Shown piece after piece: positions 52,906 through 64,000 of a stretch of DNA of 64,000 nucleotides (the first letter of the stretch is position 1; the number at the start of each line of letters is the position of its first letter). Made by a program: the position numbers and the translations under genes. The DNA lies in the NCBI GenBank assembly GCA_951406725.2, contig OX597814.1, forward strand, positions 212,226,001 to 212,290,000. Direction: 5' to 3'. The stretch comes from Octopus vulgaris. Lineage: Eukaryota. Under the pieces are notes generated by a model that was not told where the DNA came from, did not search any database, and worked only from the letters and a program-made list of their open reading frames with translations.

Positions 52906-52933
52906 CTGACGAAGTGCTCTGCTCGAAACGTTA
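52906..52933 (+). ncRNA. minimal hammerhead core in a 190-bp TA-flanked insert (52851-53042)
   Basis: CTGACGAA-GTGC-TCT-GCTC-GAAACGTTA (palindromic AACGTT); also shares a downstream ttcctgagcgt motif with 12475-12650. Confidence 0.65.
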
Positions 52934-53136
52934 AATCCTCCTTCTTTCTTTCCTTTCCTGAGCGTCCAGTAACACTATACTCTTTCCACCTCCTCGCGTT
53001 GTTGTGTTTTCTCTTTCTGTTTTTACGTTTCGATTAACTTTATAAATATATGTATATATATATATAAAGTGATAGAGAGAGTAACAGATAGACAGTCAGA
53101 CCGATAGATGGATAGACATACAGACAGAAAGACAGA

Positions 53137-53137
53137 C

Positions 53138-53221
<84 letters not shown>
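53137..53221. repeat. (GATA)n microsatellite
   Basis: Direct reading of the sequence. Confidence 0.95.
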
Positions 53222-53958
53222 GGACGCTACATTATATCATATTATGTTATATATTATCAGTGGACTTCTGCAGAGTCTTCTCACAATATAATCCCTTCAA
53301 ATTTCAGTTGCCAAGGTAAGGCGAAAAGCTAACATAACTTCCGCGTACAAGAAGCGAACAAACAACAACAGATTTGTGCAAATATCTTCTGAATCGTGAA
53401 GGAAGTAACATATCCTAATTCTGTATATAATACGGCATATACTTTGTCAAATTTGTTAATAATTGAAATAGCTAATACTTTCATTTTCTACTGTCTATGT
53501 AACCTGTCCCTATAGTAATTATTGTCTTGCATAATTTTCTATATTTAAATTAGTTATTTCAATGGTTTTTAAGATGCGTATTTGTTTCTGACAAAAATTC
53601 AGTTGCATGTGGGAAAAAGTTATATTAGTTTCTACATGTTATATTAGTTTTATCGCAATTATATATATATCTATATATATATATATATCCATGTGTGTCT
53701 GTGTGTGAGTCTGTGCGCTTGTGCATGTACATATATGTATATATGCGTGTGTTCTGTGTGTCTGTATGTGAGTGTGCGTGTGTGTGCGAGTGTGTATGTT
53801 TATGTAACCAGATACATATATGTGTGTGTATATATACGCATGTATGTATATTTCTATATATGTATATATAGATATATATGTATGTATGTATACATATATA
53901 TATATATATATATACACACACAATCACACACATACATAGAGCAGCATATATGCGCATG

Positions 53959-53989
<31 letters not shown>

Positions 53990-54480
53990 CTGCATGCATA
54001 TACACACGCACACATATATATGCATGAGTGTATGTCTATGCTTGTGCATGCGCGTATCTACTTATTCATATATGTTTGCATGAGCATATTTGTACATACG
54101 ACATAACCGAGGAAACACATCTACTGATTTTCCTCCGCAAAGAATATGTTTATTAATGCATAAGAGAAAATATCGGAGTTATACCATTGTGATTGGAAGC
54201 GTCCCTATTCTGTGAAGAGAGATATCCGTGAGGAAAAAAGAAAATATGAGAGTAAAACAAATGAGTGAAACGCTACAAAAATTTTATGCATTTTCTTGTT
54301 TTTGCAAAATCTCTGGTATACTTCCAATTATTCTTCAGAAATGTAATCTTCCTCCTAAATTACAAGTAAATATTTCACTCCATGGCCTATCCCTACTTCC
54401 AAAATTATATACCACTTCTATCCATTCAGCTTTTCACTAGCTATCACTTTTTCACTCTCACATTTACCCAAGGACGTTGG

Positions 54481-54863
54481 GGAAGCACTCCATCGGTTAC
54501 GACGATGAGGGTTCCGGTTGATCCGAATCAACGGAACAGCGTGCTCGTGAAATTAACGTGTAAGTGGCTGAGCACTCCACAGACACGTGCACGCTTAACG
54601 TAGTTCTCGGGGATATTCAGCGTGACACAGAGAGTGACAAGGCCGGCCCCTTGAAATACAGGTACAACAGAAACAGGAAGTAAGAGTGAGAGAAAGTTGT
54701 GGTGAAAGAGTACAGCATGGATCACCACCATCCCCTGCAGGAGCCTCGTGGAGCTTTAGGTGTTTTCGCTCAATAAACACTCACAATGCCCGGTCTGGGA
54801 ATCGAAACCGCGATCCTATGACCGCGAGTCCGCTGCCCTAACCACTGGGCCATTGCGCCTCCA
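54481..54863 (-). mobile_element. SINE family C, full length
   Basis: Near-identical to 37773-38157; TSD aaggacgtt at 54470 and about 54867. Confidence 0.95.
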
Positions 54864-55171
54864 CAAAGGACGTTACAGTGCCCAATACTCACTAGTACTT
54901 CCTGTCACACCCTGTTTCCTTCCTTTCTTTCGACGTAACTTCCTTTTCTATGCCTGAATGTTGTTTCTCTTTGAAGAAATACTTATCTCCGGCATGCCGT
55001 CATTTCCCAGCAAGGATATGCATGAAGCAGTTTTTTTATTATGTGTGGTTTGATTCTACAGAAAATTCTACCTATTAGAAGAAACATATAATTTGGTGTA
55101 CTTTTTCTGAAAGGAAGGTTCCGGCGTATCAGAAAAATGCACAATCTTCATGTCAAAGAGAGAGAGGGAGG

Positions 55172-55211
<40 letters not shown>

Positions 55212-55416
55212 TAGACAGACAGCAGACAGAGAGGCTGACAGGCAGGTAGATAGACAGGGTGAAGAGAAGTGCCATGCATATGAATTTGTGTTCCTGGAGC
55301 CAAGTTCTTTCTCCCTCCAGAGGACGATTAAATGTAACAGCAGGCATTCACTCACACACAAACACACACTCGCGCATAGACACACATCCACAGACTGACG
55401 CATATTTACAAATACA

Positions 55417-55465
<49 letters not shown>

Positions 55466-55469
<4 letters not shown>

Positions 55470-55868
55470 AAATATTAGGGAATAAATCCAAACTTACAGG
55501 GAAAAATCAGATTTAGGATTAAATCCAATTTTATAGTAAAATATTATATTATATTAAATTAGAGATAAAACCACTATCAGGCAAAGCAAACAATGAAAAA
55601 CTTAAGCCAATACATAAAACTAATTAATTTATATTATTTTAAATATATATCAAAAGTATTAAAAGTTTAATAAAAGATAATGAGTATAACACTACGATCG
55701 TTTCATGGCTGTCCAATTCGTAATAATTATTAAACTTTTATTAAACTTTTAATACTTTTGATATATATTTAAATAATATAAATTAATTAATTTTATGTAT
55801 TGGCTTAAATTTTTCATTGTTTGATTTGCCTAAAAGTAGTTTTATCTGTAATGTAATATAATATAATA
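55466..55868. mobile_element. (TA)n-embedded AT-rich element with 135-bp inverted arms and the 3' half of a hammerhead
   Basis: About 55542-55677 versus 55735-55868; minus strand GAAAC-GATC-GTA at 55693-55704. Confidence 0.8.
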
Positions 55869-56036
55869 TATATATATATATATATTATATCGCTCCACCA
55901 CCGTACACCTCTCTACGAGAGATTTAGAAACTCAATATTTCTTATTTTGATAATCAGTGAATAGACTTCACTGACTATAGATATATACAGATACGAAGTC
56001 CAGATAGATATCGCCAGCTGACCGGTGTCTGCTACT

Positions 56037-56080
56037 CTAGGCCGATGAAGGACAATGATCCTGAAACACGGTGTCCCTAG
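56037..56080 (+). ncRNA. minimal hammerhead ribozyme, CCGAUGA core variant
   Basis: Stem I CTAGG/CCTAG, CCGATGA, stem II AGGA-CAATGA-TCCT, GAAACACGGTGTC; lies within a 360-bp insert between TA tracts. Confidence 0.75.
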
Positions 56081-56247
56081 ATGCAGTTCCGGCAGTTGGG
56101 GGTGTTTGTCTCCCCTTCGTATGTGTATATAAGGACACAGGATAAAATGTGTCGAAGCTGTCAGGAGGCGTTCGATGCCTCCTAGGGCTATATAACGGTG
56201 GTGTACCCCCTACTGTCACGTTCTTGTTAGATTGACAGTATACAACC

Positions 56248-56292
<45 letters not shown>

Positions 56293-56311
56293 AAACTGAC
56301 TTATTGGAAGT

Positions 56312-56354
56312 CCACCTGAAGATTGTCGATCAAGACAAGAAACAATTGTAGTGG
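56312..56354 (+). ncRNA. minimal type I hammerhead ribozyme
   Basis: CCAC-CTGAAGA-TTGTC-GATCAA-GACAA-GAAAC-AATT-GTA-GTGG; all stems pair; 140-bp insert between TA tracts. Confidence 0.88.
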
Positions 56355-56433
56355 CGGTTTTTTTGACTATTTATTAAAATTTTATGTATATTAGTCTTTC
56401 CTTGTTTGTTTTGCAAAATATGGTTTTATATAT

Positions 56434-56476
<43 letters not shown>

Positions 56477-56489
56477 TATATTCAAGTTT

Positions 56490-56914
56490 ATGTATTTGTT
56501 TTGCAAGATTCTTGATGTAAAATAGTGTGTTGAATCACGGAAACATAGATCGTAATATTTCAGGATGGTCAGTTTTCTTTCTTCTTGCCATATAAACACA
56601 CACACTTTATATTCTTTCTTCGCTTCTGATTTATTATTGTCCTTATTTTCTTGTCCTTTGTCTGAAAATATTTTGTCACATATTACGTGATCACTTCAAT
56701 GACACTCCATCTCTGTGTCCCCTCATGTTCTCTTTGGAGACACATGGGATGAGAAGTCACTGAAAAGGTTACAGCATGCGTGACGAAAGATTTCAAGAAG
56801 AAGGACATCAAATAAATCTGAACAATAATAAATATGAAGTGAAGAACGAATATATAGTGAATGTGCTTATTTTGTAAGAAGCATAAAAGTGACCATCCCG
56901 AAATATAACAATAT
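56490..56914. mobile_element. older copy of the 48855-49288 foldback family
   Basis: atatttcaggatggtca..cacactttatattc versus gaatatatagtg..tgaccatcccgaaatat. Confidence 0.7.
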
Positions 56915-56930
56915 ACATACACACACACGT

Positions 56931-57240
<310 letters not shown>

Positions 57241-57244
57241 ATGT

Positions 57245-57714
57245 TAAGTCTTTCTCTGCAGATTTTCTTTACAAATCATAGCCAGCACTGATCTATTACG
57301 GCATTTCGAATCCGAATACCTCTAATGTACGTAATGTGATCGGAGATGGTTAAATAGGTAATGGGTATATATACATATTTCAGGAATCCTTACTCTTTTT
57401 GAACACCACATCCAACCTACCAATTATCCATGAACACTTTGATGAAATAGCCACTTAATATAGCAATGTGAAATTGCTATATCACATTATAATACACTGC
57501 TATATTTCTTGGCTATTTAACGAATAGTTTCATAGGGTGGTTAATGGGTTGGATGTGGCGCTGAAGAGGGAGCAAGGGGTCCTGGTGTGTGTATATACAC
57601 CCATTACCTATATTTCCATGTTCGATCGCATTCGGATACAAAAAGTCATAGAAAACCACTGCTAGCTATAATTTCTATAGAAAATCTATAGAGATAGATT
57701 TAAAATGAGACTTA
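57245..57714. mobile_element. degenerate 470-bp foldback (MITE-like) palindrome
   Basis: ataggtaatgggtatatatac / gtatatacacccattacctat; ccacatccaacc / ggttggatgtgg; aaatagcca / tggctattt; taagtct / agactta. Confidence 0.8.
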
Positions 57715-58053
57715 ATAGCACTTCTAAACACAATAGGACAGAATTGACTTATAAAGTGTATAATATACTTTCTACTACATTATGGTTTCATAAAGAAATA
57801 CTCTATCTTCAAATAATTTATTTATATGCATGCATATACACAGAGCTTTGCTGAAAAAGCAATTGGCTGATGACCAAGATTACGTTATTTAAACTCAGAT
57901 TTACGTATTTTGATTAACATTAATCTATTATTAATGTTAGTAAGTAAGCTCAAGTCTTACAGTTTATCTTAATTCGTGAGTATGATTCCATAGAAGACAT
58001 TTATCACACATACAAATTCGATTTACTATCATCATCACCATCAGACTAAGTAC

Positions 58054-59040
58054 TATACACTGAACCGCAAAAGAAACGCAAGACTTGTGCGACTGTGAAA
58101 AATGTTTTAATTTCATTATGTCAGAGATAAGTTTTGATAACTATAATAAAGTCAATTGCTTGCATGCACTTTAACCACATTCTATGAGTCTGTTCTTGTA
58201 GTGGACGGATCCAGCACATCGAGATTATTGGACATGTTAGGTTCAACACTGTGTATACCCTTCTTGGATGTTGAAAACTGTCGGTACATGGCGTGCATGA
58301 AGTGGTTCACCTGTGCCCAAACCCGCAGGAAAGCTGTCTCCAGTTCCACACGAGTTGTCGGCCTAGGAACCACCTTTCTCATCAGTCTCTGGATTTCATC
58401 CCACAGGTGTTCAATTCGAACCACATCCGGGCTGAAAGCCGGCCACAGCATGTTTCTGATATTGTGCTGACGAAGGGAGTCCATCGTGACTCTAGCCGTG
58501 TGGGAGGGAGTATTGTTCTCCTAGAAAAAGTAGCTATGGTTATCCATAAAGGGCACGATATGAGGTTTTACGATCTGGTCAACGTTGCGCTGCTCTGTGA
58601 TGCCATTTCCTCTTCCTGCAACAACATTTTGGAACACATAGGGGCCGAATTCTCTGATTCAAGCATATAGCACACCGAACCATGATGCTTGGGCCACCCC
58701 ATGCGTCTCTATCCATGACACGAGTGTCTCTGTAGCGTTCACCAGTCCTATGTTCCTATGTCACAACCTCACTCTGCCATCCGAGGTGGAAACGAAGTAC
58801 AGTTAGGGAAGACCATCAGCCTACGTTGTTGATGATTCCAATATCAGTGATGGGTGGTTAGGACAAGCCCTCGAGCGGGGTGATGGCAGCACATGTTGTT
58901 GGCAGTCAATCGATGTCGTACCGTGTCTTCGCTGATAGGTTGCTGTCCAGTGCCAATAATCTTGCGATCTGTCAGGCTGGCCGGTCAGTGGTGATCAAGG
59001 TGGTGTTTCAGGTGGATGGAGCGGCCCTGCCTCGGCATTG
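58054..59040 (-). mobile_element. decayed Tc1-family transposon (5' end missing)
   Basis: WPAFSPDVVRIEHLWDEI, GGPSIMV; terminal tacactgaaccgcaaaagaaacg. Confidence 0.88.
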
Positions 59041-59077
59041 TCACTCGGGGAACTGAATAAAATCATGATTTAAATTA

Positions 59078-59724
59078 ATTATGTAACGTAACACAGTGTT
59101 CCCATGGGAGGGCGACTGAGAGGACAAGAAAATGGAAAAAGAATGAGGGAGAAGACGGTCGATGGTGTTAGAATGGTGGTGCGCATAAGGCGGTAGGATG
59201 TAGTACGGAGTCCAAGTAGAGCAAATCGTGTCGCGCATAAGGCATCAGGACGTAGTACGGAGCCCAGGTAGAGCGAATGGTGGCGCGCATAAGGCGGGAG
59301 GATGTAGTAGCAAGTCGAGATAGAGCGAATGGTAGCGCGCATAAGGCGGTAGGATGTAGAATTATTAACGTAATGTAGTGTTTGCATGGGAGGGCGATTG
59401 AGAGGACAAGCGGATGGAAAAAGCAAGTTGGAGAAGACGGTCGATGGTGTTATTTTTGGAGTGATTAGAACGAATGGTGGCGCGCATAAGGCGGTAGTAT
59501 GTAGTACGGCGTCCAGGTAGAACGAATGGAAGCGCACATAAGGCGGTAGGAAGTAGTAGGGAGTTCAGGTGCAGCGAAAGGTGGGGCTCATAAGGCAGGA
59601 GGATGTATGTCCGAGTCCAGGTAGAGCGAATGGTGGCGCGCATAAGGCGGTAGCATATAGTACGGTGTCCAGGTAGAGCGAATGGTGGCGCGCATAAGGT
59701 GGTAGGATGTAGTACGGAGTCCAG
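59078..59724. repeat. 52-bp minisatellite (9 units) in two blocks, each preceded by a leader of about 95-110 bp
   Basis: Unit GAATGGTGGCGCGCATAAGGCGGTAGGATGTAGTACGGAGTCCAGGTAGAGC at 59171, 59223, 59275, 59327 and 59472, 59524, 59576, 59628, 59680. Confidence 0.95.
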
Positions 59725-59787
59725 CCCCATAACTACCCATGACTCATTGAATTTTTTATTTCTTTACAGATCAAATTGACTCTAAAA

Positions 59788-60270
59788 ATGGCAGAAGTTC
59801 GATTAAGATTTGAACAAAGAAAATTTATTATAAAGTACTAATGGAAATACGAAAACATCATAGAAGTACAAAGACAATCTAGAGGACAAATTAGTTTAAC
59901 AAAGAGCCACCTACGCGACGCACCATTCCTCGCGTCCGATTTAAAATTGAATCTGATGGAACTGTGCATGATGTCCATCAAATTTTGAAGTCAGTTCATG
60001 AGATTTGTTACCTTCCAAATTAATGTACTCTCTATATGAAAACAAACCTGACGGGAGATTGGGATGTTATGTGTTATATCTGGGCAATGGCATGGAATAT
60101 GCATGATTACCATCCAAAATATTATGGAGTGATTATGCAAACTAGAGTTAAATGGCTTAAATTACTGACTCATTTACACCCACTAGGATCCCTAAACTTC
60201 ATTTGTTACCATGGTACAATATTTGAACGTACCAGAAGTTTTTGTTTTTTTTTTCCTTTTTGGTATCCCT
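59788..60270 (+). mobile_element. deleted Tc1/mariner-superfamily transposase remnant (DUF4817-like HTH N-terminus)
   Basis: MAEVRLRFEQRKFIIKY*WKYENIIEVQRQ..EPPTRRTI.RVRFKIESDGTVHDVH. Confidence 0.75.
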
Positions 60271-60838
60271 TTATTAACCAACAGTAATGGCGGTCTGTTC
60301 ATTACTTTGAAACTAGTAAACAAATATTTTCTTTTCCGGCAAGTATCTAAAATTAATTTATTGTCAATGAACATCATTGTCCGTACTGCTAATTTACACA
60401 TATTTCTTTGAATTGAATGCGTTTTGAATTATAGAAGCATTCCAAAAATTGATTAAAAGCAAAGATTAAAATGTGTGGCATGATGACTGGCATCATTGGT
60501 AAATGATCCGGTTATAAAGAAAGTAGATGCCAATCTGATTTTTGAGGATACAACTTTTGTTTGTTTTATTTTACGCAAACTACAAGTTTAGAAAATATGC
60601 GATACAAATATTTCATCTCTAGTGTATCATGACACTGGAATCGATATATTTTGATGTTTCGCTTTGTCCGTCGTGAGCTGTTCCTATACTTTGTATATAT
60701 AATTTTCTCTTTGTAGATTCATGGATGCAATTTATTAAGCTGATAATAACAATGAAACAGAAGCTGGTTATTAGAGATGCTCAGGCATCCTCAAGGGTAG
60801 ATTTTAAATAAGCTTACATGTTAATTTAGATTTCACAG

Positions 60839-60894
60839 ATGGTACGAAGAATTTTCAGATCTTCGTGTGCTTTTGACCACTAATGAAGAGCACC
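60839..60894 (+). CDS. weak candidate exon of an unknown host gene
   Basis: atttcacag|a TGG..WYEEFSDLRVLLTTNEEH c|gtaagt; only one open frame. Confidence 0.25.
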
Positions 60895-61653
60895 GTAAGT
60901 TTAGAGAATTCTATCCGTCTTCTGGCTCATATAACATGCTTTGTTATGTCTTTTGTTTAACTTCTTTTATTCCGAGGACAGTGACTGAGGCTTAAAATAT
61001 CGTGCACTTCTAATATTGCAGGGAAGAGTTACTATGTAATTTGCCATTCAATTTCATTGTTGAATTGCCATTTGCTGAATTACATTTAACTAAAGCTAGA
61101 AATATCGAAAATGTACAGAATTTTATATTATAATAGAAATACTATTTCCATATCATACATATAAAATGGTAGCAGATTTCACAATATGACACAATTATCA
61201 TTGGAAGAAACACATATTAAGTGCCTTCAGATAGCTCTTTCGTCTATTGCAATAAATTATGGCCGTACTGAATTTATGAATAGCTTCCAGTAATGGTATT
61301 TGTCAAAATGCTAATATTATAAATGGCATAATGAATATACCATGACAATACATATACTCCAGTCAGCTACCTATACATGGACATACACGAATACACCCCA
61401 TGTAATTATATGAGTGTTTTATATATGAATGTTTTGTATAGTCAGTATTCATCCTAACGTGATGCCAACATATATACATACAAGCAAAATAAATTCAGCT
61501 ACGCCACGTGAGACATACATACGTATGTTATAAATGTAAATGCATACACACAGACAACACGCACACACACAGACACACATGCACATACACACGAGGGCAG
61601 CCATTTATTCATACATTCACAAATATATATAAACATATATATGCATATATACA

Positions 61654-61745
<92 letters not shown>

Positions 61746-61996
61746 TTATATACATATACACACACATACCCATATATATACATATATACACATATATATG
61801 TATATATATATGTGCATAAATGTATATATATATATTTCTATATATATAATTTGTGTGTATGTGTGTGTGTGCATTGCGTCAATTTATTCTGCATCCGTTA
61901 CCGAAAGTGTACTCGAAAGTGTACCTTTGTTATGGCCTTAATGATATGCATTGTAGTTGTTAAAGATTTATTTCATTCAATATTCGTTCCTTGCAG

Positions 61997-62085
61997 ATTC
62001 TTCGAAATATCAAAATGACTGGAAGGATGATACTGCAAAAAGGAGCCCTCACATGGAAATACATAATTCCGTCTCAGAATATTAA
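61997..62085 (+). CDS. weak candidate terminal exon, phase-compatible with 60839-60894
   Basis: ttccttgcag|at..[28 protein letters not shown]. Confidence 0.15.
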
Positions 62086-62692
62086 CATATACTAACCTTT
62101 CACGCAGCATCTGTTCGTGAAACCAATGCTGATACATAATTTCTAGTACTTTCATGCGTATAATTCTATCATCATTAATTGTCTCTGCGAAGATTATTTA
62201 ATGACATTTAAAGGTTTAAGGATAATATCATGGAAGGGATTTTACCGTATAAAGTTATCCGCTTACATCAAATGAGGTTAAATGTGGGTAAAGATATTAA
62301 TATAATGCCGATTATTCCATTTCATCTTGCCTTTATGTTAAATAATTGTGGTTCACTATTTCTGTATTTTCTGGCATTTGTACTTGAGTAACTTCCTTAA
62401 ATTTCGTATGCATTTTTTCGCAAAGATTTCAAATAGAAAAGATTTATCATAGGCATCTTTCTGCATGGCATCTCAATCCGTACACTTAGTGGAACTTATA
62501 AACTTTATAATGCATCATCAAGCATCAGGTAAATTTTATCAGTGCACAGGTTATTTGGGTTAAATTTGACTATTTTTCATGCCCTTTTTTTTAGGAACTG
62601 TGTGATGTATTGGTAAACACTGAACAGCGTTTAGTTACAAAGTTAGCTGACATGAAGGAATCGCAATGAATCAAGCCGGGTATTAAAATATA

Positions 62693-62925
62693 TATTTCTT
62701 TACTACCCACAAGGGGCTAAACACAGAGGAGACAAACAAGGACAGACAAAGGGATTAAGTCGATTACATCGACCCCAGTGCGTAACTGGTGATTAATTTA
62801 TCGACCCCGGAAGGATGAAAGGCAAAGTCGACCTCGGCGGAATTTGAACTCAGAACGTAACGACAGACAAAATACGGCAACGCATTTCGCCCGGCGTGCT
62901 AACGTTTCTGCTAGCTCGCCGCCTT
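62693..62925 (-). mobile_element. SINE family A, full length
   Basis: Near-identical to 960-1190; 15-bp TSD gggtattaaaatata at 62678-62692 and 62930-62944. Confidence 0.95.
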
Positions 62926-62959
62926 CAATGGGTATTAAAATATAGACATCTACACTTCT

Positions 62960-63603
62960 GTTCAGTCCTCTGTGCACACTGTAAAGGATGTGAGACGTGA
63001 TATGAACATCATGAACACCAACTTTCTCCAAACTGTGATGGTTTTTGTCTGTGTCTCCAGTGAGGGTGACATGAACTAGCTGCCTCACATCTTTGAATAA
63101 TGTCTAAGGCTCTATTCGGACACCTAACTGGAATTGCTGGCCGGACGGAATTGCGGCTGGAAGGCGATATTTGTGGTAACATGCTTTAGTTCCTTGCCTG
63201 ATACCCCCGAAAGTACCAGAAGTGTTTGTCAGATAACTTCTACGTCTTTCCAACCACCACCACCACCAATTTCTGTTGTTATTCCAAGGATAAAAATGTG
63301 TGGAATGCGCTTGAGAAGGACACCGACATCTCTCAACGCAAAACTAAGGCCGAACTGCTAAGAATTAGATGTTAGAGTATCTTCCTTAAACTACTATGGA
63401 GAACGCGTGTGCCTAGTTCCAGAGACGCCATGTGGCCGTAATAGAGAATGAGTGCGGCGACTTTCTGTACAGAATTATCTCCCAGACATAATCTAGTTAA
63501 TATTATTTGGATCTTTTTGAAATACTTTCATTGTTAGATGTGATATTGTATTTTCTTTTCTGTTCATGCAAACTGCCAAATTTATCTTTGACACCCTGTA
63601 TAT
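62960..63603 (+). mobile_element. decayed maT/DD37D-like transposon, 3' part
   Basis: TNFLQTVMVFVCVSSEGDM..PHIFE, RKYQKCLSDNFY, VWNALEKDT..TKAEL; right TIR tttgacaccctgtata. Confidence 0.8.
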
Positions 63604-64000
63604 ACACCACGGCTCATATATTCTCTTTCACGATCTGCCTATAATCAAATCCACACATAACCGCAAAGCTTTACATTCTTTAATGATGTCTCTTGCCAAA
63701 TTCACAAAAATAATATCGACAAATTGCATGTCCAAATTTGATTTTAACGTCAGATTTTATCATCATATAAACACAACATATATATTTCATATATGCATAG
63801 AGATGATGATACACACAATTGCACGATGATATATGGATGTTCGCTTGTCGTCACAATAAAGACACTAGTCATTTTTATTGCAACAGTGCCTGGCAATTTG
63901 AATTTGCAAGCTGCAATGCCCTTAGTCAAAGCCCCACTCATCGTGTTTGTTTGTATTTCATTAAATCGGTCTTCTATATCACATGTTACATGCTGTGATA

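Noticed and set aside
59171-59724. Regular repeats resembling a CRISPR array
   Set aside because: The units are contiguous 52-bp tandem copies with no unique spacers, there are no cas genes, and the context is eukaryotic
62453-62670. Splice-like signals around a 66-bp putative intron
   Set aside because: The open frames of the two flanking segments do not join without an early stop

Overview
AT-rich, microsatellite-saturated eukaryotic non-coding DNA with no intact protein-coding gene that I can support. The tRNA-derived SINE families and the repeat mix look like an octopus (cephalopod) genome; that is an inference from recognition, not from a search. Contents: (1) about 20 copies of three tRNA-derived SINE families; (2) about nine decayed Tc1/mariner elements, including a near full-length mariner nested in an older mariner and one with an internal inversion; (3) 3' fragments of non-LTR retrotransposons (RTE-like, L1/Tx1-like, and R4/Dong-like with an RLE domain, one set lying in (TAA)n); (4) decayed Penelope-like RT/GIY-YIG remnants; (5) several foldback/MITE-like elements, a DINE-1/HINE-like element and a 52-bp minisatellite. 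The most notable signal is a set of short (140-760 bp), ORF-less, mostly mutually unrelated inserts within (TA)n tracts. They carry type I hammerhead ribozyme folds (CUGANGA-stem II-GAAA-short palindromic stem III-GUH): seven loci have recognisable cores and several more are degenerate. Many are arranged as inverted or tandem-plus-inverted repeats, consistent with Penelope pseudo-LTR or retrozyme-like non-autonomous RNAs. Most ORFs in the supplied track are microsatellite translations. All alignments and folds were done by eye.
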